A stretch of DNA of 64,000 bases. Source: Alphaproteobacteria bacterium. Its GTDB lineage: Bacteria > Pseudomonadota > Alphaproteobacteria > SP197. The stretch lies in the NCBI GenBank assembly GCA_965228895.1, contig OZ245842.1:4064001-4128000 (forward strand). Reading direction: 5' to 3'. The notes under the pieces were generated by a model. That model searched no databases. It was not told where the DNA came from and saw only the letters and a list, made by a program, of their open reading frames with translations. Numbering within the stretch: position 1 is the stretch's first letter; each line of letters opens with the position of its first letter. This document shows positions 21,119-29,484 of the stretch, piece by piece. The position numbers were made by a program, and so were the translations under genes.

Positions 21119-21732
21119 TTGAACGCCGCCACATCATCAGATCTGGAGTTGGCCTGGTCGCGTTGACCGCCGCGCCATCCGTGGCGCTGGCTGATCAAGT
21201 CGGTGACGCCGAGTCATTCATCGAAGATCGCGGCAACAAGCTGCTCGACATCCTCGGCATGGCGCCGGGCGATGCGCGGCGCAGCGCCTTTCGCGACTGG
21301 CTGAACGGTTCGTTCAACTTGACGCTGATCGGCAAGCTTGCGCTGGGCCCGTTTCTGCATCAGGCCACGCCGGACCAGCTCGAAGCCTACACCAAGGCGT
21401 TTAGCGACTATATCGTGGTGACCTACGAATCGCGTTTCGACACCTTCACCGGTTACAACCTGGAAGTCCTGAGGGGCCGGCCGGCAGGCAGCAAGGACAG
21501 CATTGTCCAAACGCTGATTTCTTATGGAAACGACACGTTCCACGTTGATTTCCGCGTCCGCCAGGACACAGGCGACGAATTGGATGTTATCGACGTCATG
21601 GTACAGAACGTGTCGATGCTGAAGACCCAGCAGGACGAGTTCCGCTCTGTCATTCAGCGTAGCGGTCTGGAGGGCCTGATCGACGGCCTGAAGAAACAGA
21701 CCGCCGACATTGAAGCGGACGCCCAAAGCTAG
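21115..21732 (+). CDS. mlaC: MlaC/Ttg2D periplasmic phospholipid-binding protein
   Basis: Signal peptide with RR, C-terminal IDV-x-V-x-NVSML...EF-x-S motif, coupled to mlaA. Confidence 0.88.
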   Translation: MIERRHIIRSGVGLVALTAAPSVALADQVGDAESFIEDRGNKLLDILGMAPGDARRSAFRDWLNGSFNLTLIGKLALGPFLHQATPDQLEAYTKAFSDYIVVTYESRFDTFTGYNLEVLRGRPAGSKDSIVQTLISYGNDTFHVDFRVRQDTGDELDVIDVMVQNVSMLKTQQDEFRSVIQRSGLEGLIDGLKKQTADIEADAQS

Positions 21733-21755
21733 ATCTTTCCATCGTGATGTGGTCG

Positions 21756-23129
21756 CTAGGGCGTGAGCCAGCCGCGCGCCTGTTGCTCGCGCACCAAATC
21801 TGAACGCTTTGCACCGAACGCTATGGCCTCGCCAAGGGTCGTTACGCCCTGCGCCGCCAGCGCATCGACCAGGCGGATATAGAGCTCGGCGGTCACCAGC
21901 GCGTCGCCCAACGCGGTGTGTCGGCCTTCGATCGTGATGCCGAATTCTTCGGCCAGGCCATCAAGAGACAAGTCCTTACGGGCCGGATCAAGGGCTGCGG
22001 CCAACAACAACGTGTCGATGATCGACGGCGGATGCCATGACGACCCGATGCGTTCGACCTCATGGACAAGCACAGTCGCATCAAAGCCGATGTTGTGGCC
22101 GACCACCACCAGATCCTCCAGCGATGTTTCGATCGCCGGCCAGCGTTCGGCAAAGTCCGGCGCGCCGGACACCATCGCATCGGTAATGCCATGGACCGCC
22201 ACCGACCGCTTGGGAATAACGACGCCGGGATTGACCAGCAGATCCTGGGTCAGGGCCCGGTAAACCTGTGTGCCGTGCACGCGAACCGAACCGTATGACA
22301 AGACGCGATCGTGCTTTGCGTTAAGGCCCGTCGTTTCCGTGTCGATCACAGCGACCGAGAGATCGGCGAGCGGCGTGTCAGGACCGGCCGTCGCTGCAGG
22401 CGGTGGCAGGTCGTGCAGATCAAGCGCCAGTTCGACATGACGGCCGGCCGAGGGGCCTGTCTCCTGGAACCAGAGGACGGCGCCGCCGTGACGGACCAGG
22501 GGCACATAGCGGGCCCGGACCAAACGCCCGCCGATGATCTGAAGCTCGACATCTACACCGTTTTCGTTTGACGCTGCCTTGGCCCGCGCCTCGGCCATGG
22601 TGTGGCGGGTGAAAACGTCGTAGATGGTGGTGCCGGTGTTGGTGCCGTGTTCGCCCAGGGTGTCGCGGGCGGCGTCGTTGATGACGCTGACCAGCCCATT
22701 CTCGGTGATCACCAGAAGGCCACCGCCGACCGCTGCGACCACGTCGCGCAAACGCTCATCGGGTGCGGCGCGCTCGGTAGCCAGGCGGCCAATGTATTGA
22801 CCGAGCGTGTTGTGAAGTGCCGCCAGTTCCCCACCCGCCTGATCACCTTCGGCCGGCAGAACCCGGTGTGCGGGATCGCTCAACAAAACGGCGACCGCAC
22901 CGCGCAACCGCTCGACTTCGGTAAAGTGCCGTCGCACCCAGACAACGCCCGTGCCGCACAGGACGACAGCAAAGACAGCGACAAAAAAGAGGGCGGCCTG
23001 CGGCACGCCGATAAAGTCGAGCGCCAGGCTCAGGACGATCAGCAAGCCAGCCGCGGCAAAACAAGCGATCAGCCGGGCTGCCGTACTGTGCGGCCCTTGG
23101 TTCACGTCTGCCCCATCAAAAAACGTCAC
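21756..23129 (-). CDS. Membrane-anchored DEDDh 3'-5' exonuclease (DnaQ-like) with PAS-like middle domain
   Basis: Two N-terminal TM segments, a PAS-like region, and Exo I VIDTETTG, Exo II GHNIGFD, Exo III HTALGDA motifs. Confidence 0.85.
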   Translation of the reverse strand: MTFFDGADVNQGPHSTAARLIACFAAAGLLIVLSLALDFIGVPQAALFFVAVFAVVLCGTGVVWVRRHFTEVERLRGAVAVLLSDPAHRVLPAEGDQAGGELAALHNTLGQYIGRLATERAAPDERLRDVVAAVGGGLLVITENGLVSVINDAARDTLGEHGTNTGTTIYDVFTRHTMAEARAKAASNENGVDVELQIIGGRLVRARYVPLVRHGGAVLWFQETGPSAGRHVELALDLHDLPPPAATAGPDTPLADLSVAVIDTETTGLNAKHDRVLSYGSVRVHGTQVYRALTQDLLVNPGVVIPKRSVAVHGITDAMVSGAPDFAERWPAIETSLEDLVVVGHNIGFDATVLVHEVERIGSSWHPPSIIDTLLLAAALDPARKDLSLDGLAEEFGITIEGRHTALGDALVTAELYIRLVDALAAQGVTTLGEAIAFGAKRSDLVREQQARGWLTP

Positions 23130-24585
23130 CGGTCAGGTCAGCCTTGATCCGTCCGCGCAAACGGTCAACCGCCTTGAGCCGGTCGACCAGCATGTCGCGT
23201 TCGCGCTTGGTCAGCGTATGCGGGTCGACAAAATAGCTTACCTTGTTGCCGGCACGAAAATCCCTGATCTGCTGACGCAGGACGATATCGGTCAAGAGCC
23301 GATAGGCGGCGCTCAGGTAGTCTTGCTCGTCGGCGCCCAACACACCGATCTCGAGTAAGGCGTCCATGCGTTTGCGGGTCGATGTGTCGACGATGCCATG
23401 TTTCAGCGCCAACAGGCGCACGGGGGCGATCAACGGCAGCAGGCCCTGATGCTTCAGGTTCATTTTTCCCTTCAGGTCGCCGGAACGCACCGTCACGAAA
23501 CGGCCGAACCATCCAAGCGCCACATCGCCCTCCGCGTCATCGTGATACATGCTGCGCAGGAAGTGATGCTGGCGCGGCATCAAGGCTGCGATGAAACGGC
23601 GAAGCTCCTGAACGAAGTCCTGACGTCCGTAGACCGGACGAAAATCAAAGAAGATATCGGCCAAACGCGCCAGATTGAGGTTGTCGCGGCTCATCCACAG
23701 CTTCAGCTGCGCCTGCCACTGGCTACGTGTCTTGCGCCACAGCGGGTTGGTCGCCATGACGTTGCCGGGGCAATAGACAAACCCCAGTTCGTTCAGCATG
23801 TCGGTCATACGCGTCGCCAGTTCGATGAACCAGGCATCGATCGCGTTATGGTCATCGTCGGGATAGTCATCCAGGACGAAGCCGTTATCCTGATCGGGGA
23901 ACAGGAAACTCTCACCGCGCCCCGCCGAACCCATGACCAGAACCGCGAAGGCGACCGGCGGCTCGCCAAAACCGTCATCGCGCATCGTCTGTATGGAGAT
24001 GTCGACAGTACGGTGCATGACATCCAGGTTAATCTCGCTTAGCGCCTGTTGGATGTCGTCGGCATGCACGCCGTCAGCGAACAGCGTGTCGGCAATATCG
24101 ACCTGAGCCTGTTTGATCTTCTTCAGGCCCGCCACCGTGTCGTCGGCGGCGAGCATGTCGATCAGGGTCAGCGTCTGGCCGGCCGCGACTTCCAAGGCGT
24201 CTTCCAACCACAGCATGCCGACCGCGAACCCGGCATCGTCCAGCACCGGCATCTGATGCACGTTGGCGTGGCGCATCCGGACAATGGCCTGGTGCATGTT
24301 GTCGTGCGGATAGGTGCTCTTGATGGGCGCCGTCATCACCCGTTCAACGGGCCCGGTGCGGTCATCCATCAGCGCGATGCGGGTCACCACGTCCCGCTCG
24401 GTGAGCAGGCCGGTGGGCAGGCCGTGTTCATCGGCCACCAACAGGCAACTCGCGCCGTTTTTCGCCAACGACGCCACCGCGTCACCGATGCTGGTGGTTG
24501 CCGGCACGATCAGCGGATCGGTTTTCATACGATCGCTTACTTTGCGGCGAAAGATATCGATTTGTGATGGCGCTTGTCGGTTCAT
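23116..24585 (-). CDS. CBS-domain / DUF294 putative nucleotidyltransferase
   Basis: Tandem CBS domains (GLLTERD; MPVLD) followed by MGSAGRGE...PDQDNG, CPGNVMATNPLW, IFFDFR and a DUF294_C-like region (NLKHQG). Confidence 0.9.
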   Translation of the reverse strand: MNRQAPSQIDIFRRKVSDRMKTDPLIVPATTSIGDAVASLAKNGASCLLVADEHGLPTGLLTERDVVTRIALMDDRTGPVERVMTAPIKSTYPHDNMHQAIVRMRHANVHQMPVLDDAGFAVGMLWLEDALEVAAGQTLTLIDMLAADDTVAGLKKIKQAQVDIADTLFADGVHADDIQQALSEINLDVMHRTVDISIQTMRDDGFGEPPVAFAVLVMGSAGRGESFLFPDQDNGFVLDDYPDDDHNAIDAWFIELATRMTDMLNELGFVYCPGNVMATNPLWRKTRSQWQAQLKLWMSRDNLNLARLADIFFDFRPVYGRQDFVQELRRFIAALMPRQHHFLRSMYHDDAEGDVALGWFGRFVTVRSGDLKGKMNLKHQGLLPLIAPVRLLALKHGIVDTSTRKRMDALLEIGVLGADEQDYLSAAYRLLTDIVLRQQIRDFRAGNKVSYFVDPHTLTKRERDMLVDRLKAVDRLRGRIKADLTGDVF

Positions 24586-24888
24586 CGTCGATCAATGATA
24601 ACGCAGTGGCGGCAAGATGTTCTGATTTAGGACAGAATAAGTTCTCGTGATGAAAAAAGCTTTCACATGATAACGACTTATCGCCGGTGTGCAGATTGTG
24701 TGATTTGTCACGACCGCCCCACTTTGGTATAAACAATATGGGTTTGGGGGTGGCTTTTTCTCACTGACATTAAGATCAGGCTCAATCCGTCACCTCCTTA
24801 ACTGACGAATGTTGGGGCGCGAACGTTTGTCGCGCGCCGAACTTTCGTCGGTCTTTTTGCCTGGCGAGGCAGATAGGGGAGAAGTTCG

Positions 24889-26928
24889 GTGGAAGCAAAA
24901 GTCTATTGGCTCTTTGCGTTCGTGTTGCTGTACTGGTGCTACTGTATCTTCTGGGGCATCAAGAGTGCACGTACGGCCAAGACGGCAAGCGATTACTTTA
25001 TCGCAGGCCGCCGTCTGGGCATGTGGGTATTTGTTCTGGCGGCGACGGCGACGTCGTTCTCGGGCTGGACCTTCATGGGTCATCCCGGCCTGATTTATCG
25101 CGATGGCTTCCAGTACGCCTACGCGTCCTTCTACGCCATCACCATCCCGTTCACCGGCGTCATGTTCTTGAAGCGTCAGTGGATGCTCGGCAAACGCTTC
25201 GGCTATGTGACGCCGGGCGAAATGCTGTCGGACTATTTCCGCGGTGACGGCATACGCATTCTGACCGTTATTGTCGCCCTGCTCTTCTCGATTCCCTATC
25301 TGGGTGTCCAGCTTGGCGCCTCCGGGTTCTTGTTCTCGGTCCTGACCGACGGCGTCGTCGACAAGGACTTCGGCATGTGGATCCTGTCGCTGGTCGTCTT
25401 GATCTATGTTGCCTCCGGCGGCCTACGCGCTGTCGCCTATGTGGATACGCTGCAATGTATCCTGCTGGCGGTCGGCATCATGATCACGGGTGTCATCGCG
25501 CTCAATCTTGCCGGCGGCTGGGGCGCTCTCAACGAAGCTTACGGTGCGCTCGCCGCGACCGGCATCGGCAAATGGGGTGTGACGGAGGCTGGCCATAACG
25601 CCTACTTCGCCATACCCGGCGTCATCCAGTTCACCGCGGGCCTGGGTCAGGAGACGCCTGTCGGCGGCTTGTGGACCGGCGTCATGGTGCTGACCTACAT
25701 GTTTGCCCTGATGGGCATCCAGTCAGCGCCCGCCTTCACCATGTGGTCCTTCGGCAACACGAGCCCGAAGCCGTTCGCGCCGCAGCAGGTCTGGGCCTCG
25801 TCGTTCGCGATCGGCCTGATCCTGTTCTTCTTTACGGCGGTTCAGGGCATGGGCGCCAATGTGTTGGGCGCCAACGTTCCGGTAAACGACGAGAACCTGG
25901 CAATCTCGCAGGGTCTCAATCTGGAACTCGGCAACACCGACCCGGCGCTGATCCTGGGCCGGCCGTTGGCCGAGGATGAGATCATCACCACCACCGGTCA
26001 GATCATCATGGCCAAGCCGGACTCGCTGGTGCCGTTCTACTTCAACACCATCGGCGAATCGATGCCGTGGCTGGTCGGTATTCTGGCGGTCTGTGCTCTG
26101 GCGGCGATGCAGTCGACGGGTGCGGCTTACATGTCGACTGCCGGCGCGATGCTGACCCGTGACCTCTACAAGAAGTACCTGAACCCATCGGCATCCCATA
26201 CCCAGCAGAAGTTCCTGGGCCGTGTCGGTGTCGCGTTCATCGTGTTTGCCGCCCTGCTGGTGGCGACGTTCAGTTCCGATGCTCTTGTGCTCTTGGGCGG
26301 TCTGGCGGTCGCCTTCGGCTTCCAGATGTGGCCGTCGCTGGCGGCGGTGTGTTGGATTCCCTGGATCACCAAGGCTGGTGCGACGTGGGGCCTGGCCGTT
26401 GGCCTTCTGGCGGTCATCTTCACCGAGACCTTCGGTGCGACGATAGCCGGCTGGTTCGGTTTCGAACTGCCATGGGGCCGCTGGCCGTGGACCATCCACA
26501 GCGCCGGTTGGGGCATCTTGTTCAATGTCATTGTCGTGGTCCTGGTTTCCGCGGCGACGCAGAACAGCGAAGCCCGTGCCCACAGGGAGACCTATCACAG
26601 CTTCCTGCGTGAACATGCCGGCCTGTCGGAGAGCAAGCGCAAGCTGATCCCGACGGCATGGATCGTCACCATCGCGTGGCTGATCTTCGGCATCGGCCCG
26701 GGTGCCGTCATCGGCAACACCATCTTCGGTACGCCTAACGATGCCTCGACCTGGATCTTCGGCATTCCGTCGATCTGGGCCTGGCAGATCCTGTTCTGGA
26801 TCCTGGGCGTCGCGATGATGTGGTTCCTGGCCTACAAGATGGAAATGTCGACCGTGCCGGACAAGGAAGTCGAGTCGTTGACCGACGACATCGGCGACCT
26901 GGCTGCCGGCAAAGCCGCGGCCGACTAA
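24889..26928 (+). CDS. Sodium:solute symporter (SSS family)
   Basis: DYFIAGR, ATSFSGWTFMG-x-PG, GGLRAVAYVD, AAMQST and many TM helices. GTG start with GGGGAG RBS. Confidence 0.92.
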   Translation: MEAKVYWLFAFVLLYWCYCIFWGIKSARTAKTASDYFIAGRRLGMWVFVLAATATSFSGWTFMGHPGLIYRDGFQYAYASFYAITIPFTGVMFLKRQWMLGKRFGYVTPGEMLSDYFRGDGIRILTVIVALLFSIPYLGVQLGASGFLFSVLTDGVVDKDFGMWILSLVVLIYVASGGLRAVAYVDTLQCILLAVGIMITGVIALNLAGGWGALNEAYGALAATGIGKWGVTEAGHNAYFAIPGVIQFTAGLGQETPVGGLWTGVMVLTYMFALMGIQSAPAFTMWSFGNTSPKPFAPQQVWASSFAIGLILFFFTAVQGMGANVLGANVPVNDENLAISQGLNLELGNTDPALILGRPLAEDEIITTTGQIIMAKPDSLVPFYFNTIGESMPWLVGILAVCALAAMQSTGAAYMSTAGAMLTRDLYKKYLNPSASHTQQKFLGRVGVAFIVFAALLVATFSSDALVLLGGLAVAFGFQMWPSLAAVCWIPWITKAGATWGLAVGLLAVIFTETFGATIAGWFGFELPWGRWPWTIHSAGWGILFNVIVVVLVSAATQNSEARAHRETYHSFLREHAGLSESKRKLIPTAWIVTIAWLIFGIGPGAVIGNTIFGTPNDASTWIFGIPSIWAWQILFWILGVAMMWFLAYKMEMSTVPDKEVESLTDDIGDLAAGKAAAD

Positions 26929-26956
26929 CCGTCACAGCCCAGGATGTGGCAACATG

Positions 26957-26990
26957 CGGGGGAGGGCCTAGCCCTCCCCCGTTTTTCTTT
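26957..26990 (+). terminator. Rho-independent terminator after the SSS gene
   Basis: CGGGGGAGGGC-CTA-GCCCTCCCCCG followed by TTTTTCTTT. Confidence 0.85.
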
Positions 26991-27005
26991 GGTAGATAGT
27001 GTTTT

Positions 27006-27236
27006 ATGGCCGATCTAGCTTCGCCCGAGTTCGCGCCCTATTGGGCTATTCTTCTGGCCGTCGTGCTGTTCTTTCCGGTGCGGCAGCTGATCTGGGTGAT
27101 GTCCGTCAGACGCGCCGAACGCGACGGCAACGAAGATGAGGAACGCCGGCAATCGTTGCGCCGACGGGCAAGTTTCACCGCTGCCCTTCTGTGTTTCATC
27201 GTCGCCTTCCTCTACGCCAACACCTGGAATCCGTGA
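27006..27236 (+). CDS. Small two-TM membrane protein
   Basis: 76 aa, two hydrophobic segments flanking a charged loop, coding-like codon pattern. Confidence 0.7.
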   Translation: MADLASPEFAPYWAILLAVVLFFPVRQLIWVMSVRRAERDGNEDEERRQSLRRRASFTAALLCFIVAFLYANTWNP

Positions 27237-27249
27237 CACCTAGAACGGC

Positions 27250-27858
27250 ATGAACGAAGCAGTCCTCAGACGTTTCATTAAGATCACGATCGTGACGATC
27301 CTGGTCGGCGGTGTCGCCATCCTGGGCTATGACTGGTTCCAAAGTCAGGAACCCGGCGACTACTATGTGCGCGAGGGCGACATCCGCCTGAGTGACGGCA
27401 AGTTCGACGAAGCGCTGGTGAGTTTCGACAAGGCGCTTCAGGAAATGCCCGACCATCGCGGCGCCCTGATGGGCCGCGCCATCGTGTTCATTCAAACCGA
27501 ACGTTACGACGATGCCATCGTCGAACTCAACTACCTCATCGACTTTCTGAACCGGACCCTGGTCGAGGAGGACCTGACCGGCAAGGGAACATTGGCCGCC
27601 GCCCACGCCAACCTGGGCATCGTCTATGATCGGCTGGGCCGCTACGAGGAGGCGCTCGACGAATACGCCCGGGCGCTCAACACCGACGAAGAATCGGTGG
27701 AGGGGCCGGGTCTGGTGCAGAAGATTTTGCATGACGCCGACCCGTCGACGGTGCGCGACCGCGCCATCTATATCTACGAGCAGCTCCAGTTGCCCGAAGA
27801 CGAACGCCTGATGTCGGTCCCCGAGCTCGACGCCGAAGAACGCATGTACAAACCCTGA
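27250..27858 (+). CDS. Membrane-anchored tetratricopeptide repeat protein
   Basis: N-terminal TM then TPR-like units (GKFDEALVSFDKAL; AHANLGIVYDRLGRYEEALDEYARAL). Confidence 0.85.
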   Translation: MNEAVLRRFIKITIVTILVGGVAILGYDWFQSQEPGDYYVREGDIRLSDGKFDEALVSFDKALQEMPDHRGALMGRAIVFIQTERYDDAIVELNYLIDFLNRTLVEEDLTGKGTLAAAHANLGIVYDRLGRYEEALDEYARALNTDEESVEGPGLVQKILHDADPSTVRDRAIYIYEQLQLPEDERLMSVPELDAEERMYKP

Positions 27859-27866
27859 CGTCGGGT

Positions 27867-28067
27867 TCAGAACTCGACGACGCCCAGGACATCCTGCAAC
27901 AGGACAAGACAGAAGAAGACGGCGGCAATACAGCCGAACAGCTGATGCACGAAGTCGCCGTTGCCGTCCTCGTCGCGGAACCGTATGCCGCGCCAGGCGA
28001 TAAATGCGGTCACGGCCAGAAACAGAACGTTGAGGGGCATCTCCCACTCGCCGGCGGACTCAAACAT
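27867..28067 (-). CDS. Small two-TM membrane protein
   Basis: 66 aa with two hydrophobic helices, directly downstream of the 28074-28550 gene. Confidence 0.65.
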   Translation of the reverse strand: MFESAGEWEMPLNVLFLAVTAFIAWRGIRFRDEDGNGDFVHQLFGCIAAVFFCLVLLQDVLGVVEF

Positions 28068-28073
28068 GATGCC

Positions 28074-28550
28074 TCAATCGCTGGTTTGGCCTGACTGCAG
28101 GTCGTCGGATTCGAAGAACGGCGGCAAGACGGATGTCGCGCGTGTCTCCGGCGCCAGTTGCGCCAGGGCGAGGCTACCGGCCATGGCGAAGACAATCCAG
28201 AACACGGCCATACCGAAGCGGCGATAGCCCTGCGGCGGTGTGCGGTAGTAATCGCAGTCGTAGCGGTGAAAGCCCGGCTGGCTGTCATCCAGTTCGTCGC
28301 GCTCGTCGGCCTCGATGATGCTGCGTGCATAGTGGCGCGCCCAGATCGGCACCTCGCCTTTGAACATGTAACGCTCGAACAGCCCGTCGACCATGGATTC
28401 CGGCATCTCTTCGCCATGCCACGATGCATAGGCGAGCTGCAGCAATTGAAACTCGCCGATCTGCAGCAGGTTCGCCGCCTGCGCGACGTCACCACGATCG
28501 GACGGCTCCTCTTGGTCGGGACGCAGCAGCGTCTGGAAAAAACCAGCCAT
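28074..28550 (-). CDS. Hypothetical protein with C-terminal TM helix
   Basis: 158 aa ORF with protein-like composition (AANLLQIGEFQLLQLAY...PIWARHYAR) and a TM segment near the C-terminus. Confidence 0.7.
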   Translation of the reverse strand: MAGFFQTLLRPDQEEPSDRGDVAQAANLLQIGEFQLLQLAYASWHGEEMPESMVDGLFERYMFKGEVPIWARHYARSIIEADERDELDDSQPGFHRYDCDYYRTPPQGYRRFGMAVFWIVFAMAGSLALAQLAPETRATSVLPPFFESDDLQSGQTSD

Positions 28551-28615
28551 GGCCTATCATACCGCCGAATGGCCGGGCGGCGAATGCTACGATTTTGTGA
28601 TCGCGCACGTGTCGT

Positions 28616-29404
28616 TTAAGGGCGTCGTGCGTCGATATGGAGGTGCAAAGCGCCTCGCGCCTCCAGGGCTTCGGCGCGCAGGGCGCTCAGCTTCACCCGC
28701 ACGTTGAAATAGTCCTCACCCAGGGCCTCGCGCACATGACGGCCCTCGTCGCTGGTCGCGAAAGCGTGCTCGCGCCGCGCCACCTCGGCCGAATTGGCGG
28801 TGTGGTCCTTGATCGCCACGTCCACAAACCCGGCATCGGCCAGCGCTGCCTCATAGGCCGGCCGACCCTCATAGTGGAAACTCAGACCGAACGTCTTCAG
28901 CATACCCACCCAATCCGCGAACAGCGCGGCAGCTTTGCCATCGGCCTCGCCATCCAGAAAATCGGCGCACAGGAAGCGGCCACCGGGTTTTAGGACGCGG
29001 AAGACGTCGGCGAACAACGCCGGTTTGTCGGCGACATGGCAGATCACGTCCTTGGTAAAGACGATGTCGACAGAGCCGTCAGGCGCCGGCAGCGCACCGG
29101 GCACCATGTGCACGAAGTCTACGCGATCGCCCAGGCCGGCCTCCTGGGCCGCGACCGTGGCGCGTGCAATGGAGTCGGCCTCGATGTCGACGCCGATCAC
29201 GTGCTTGGCGCCGAAGGCATCGGCCAGCATCAAGGCCGCGCCGCCAATGCCGCAGCCAAGATCCAGGACGTCGAGCCCGGCGATGTCGACGCCTTCCAGA
29301 ATCTCCACCACCTCCGGTGCGGCGCCCGGTGACAGGAAACCCTTGCCATAGACCATCTGCATCCCGGCGATCACACGGTCACTGTACTGGCTCTGAAACG
29401 ACAT
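28616..29404 (-). CDS. Class I SAM-dependent methyltransferase (phosphoethanolamine / sarcosine N-methyltransferase-like)
   Basis: YGKGFLSPG, VLDLGCGIGG, FRVLKPGG. Probable start ATG 29404. Confidence 0.85.
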   Translation of the reverse strand: MSFQSQYSDRVIAGMQMVYGKGFLSPGAAPEVVEILEGVDIAGLDVLDLGCGIGGAALMLADAFGAKHVIGVDIEADSIARATVAAQEAGLGDRVDFVHMVPGALPAPDGSVDIVFTKDVICHVADKPALFADVFRVLKPGGRFLCADFLDGEADGKAAALFADWVGMLKTFGLSFHYEGRPAYEAALADAGFVDVAIKDHTANSAEVARREHAFATSDEGRHVREALGEDYFNVRVKLSALRAEALEARGALHLHIDARRP

Positions 29405-29484
29405 ACCCGCTGTTCTCCCGACGCCATGCATGACTCTGATCTGAGACGCGCTAATCTATCGCCCAATCCAGGGAGGCTCATACC

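Noticed and set aside
24590-24888. CRP-like site (TGTGT-N6-TCACG near 24697) in the AT-rich divergent promoter of the SSS gene
   Set aside because: Imperfect match; the region is probably regulatory but no specific site can be supported.
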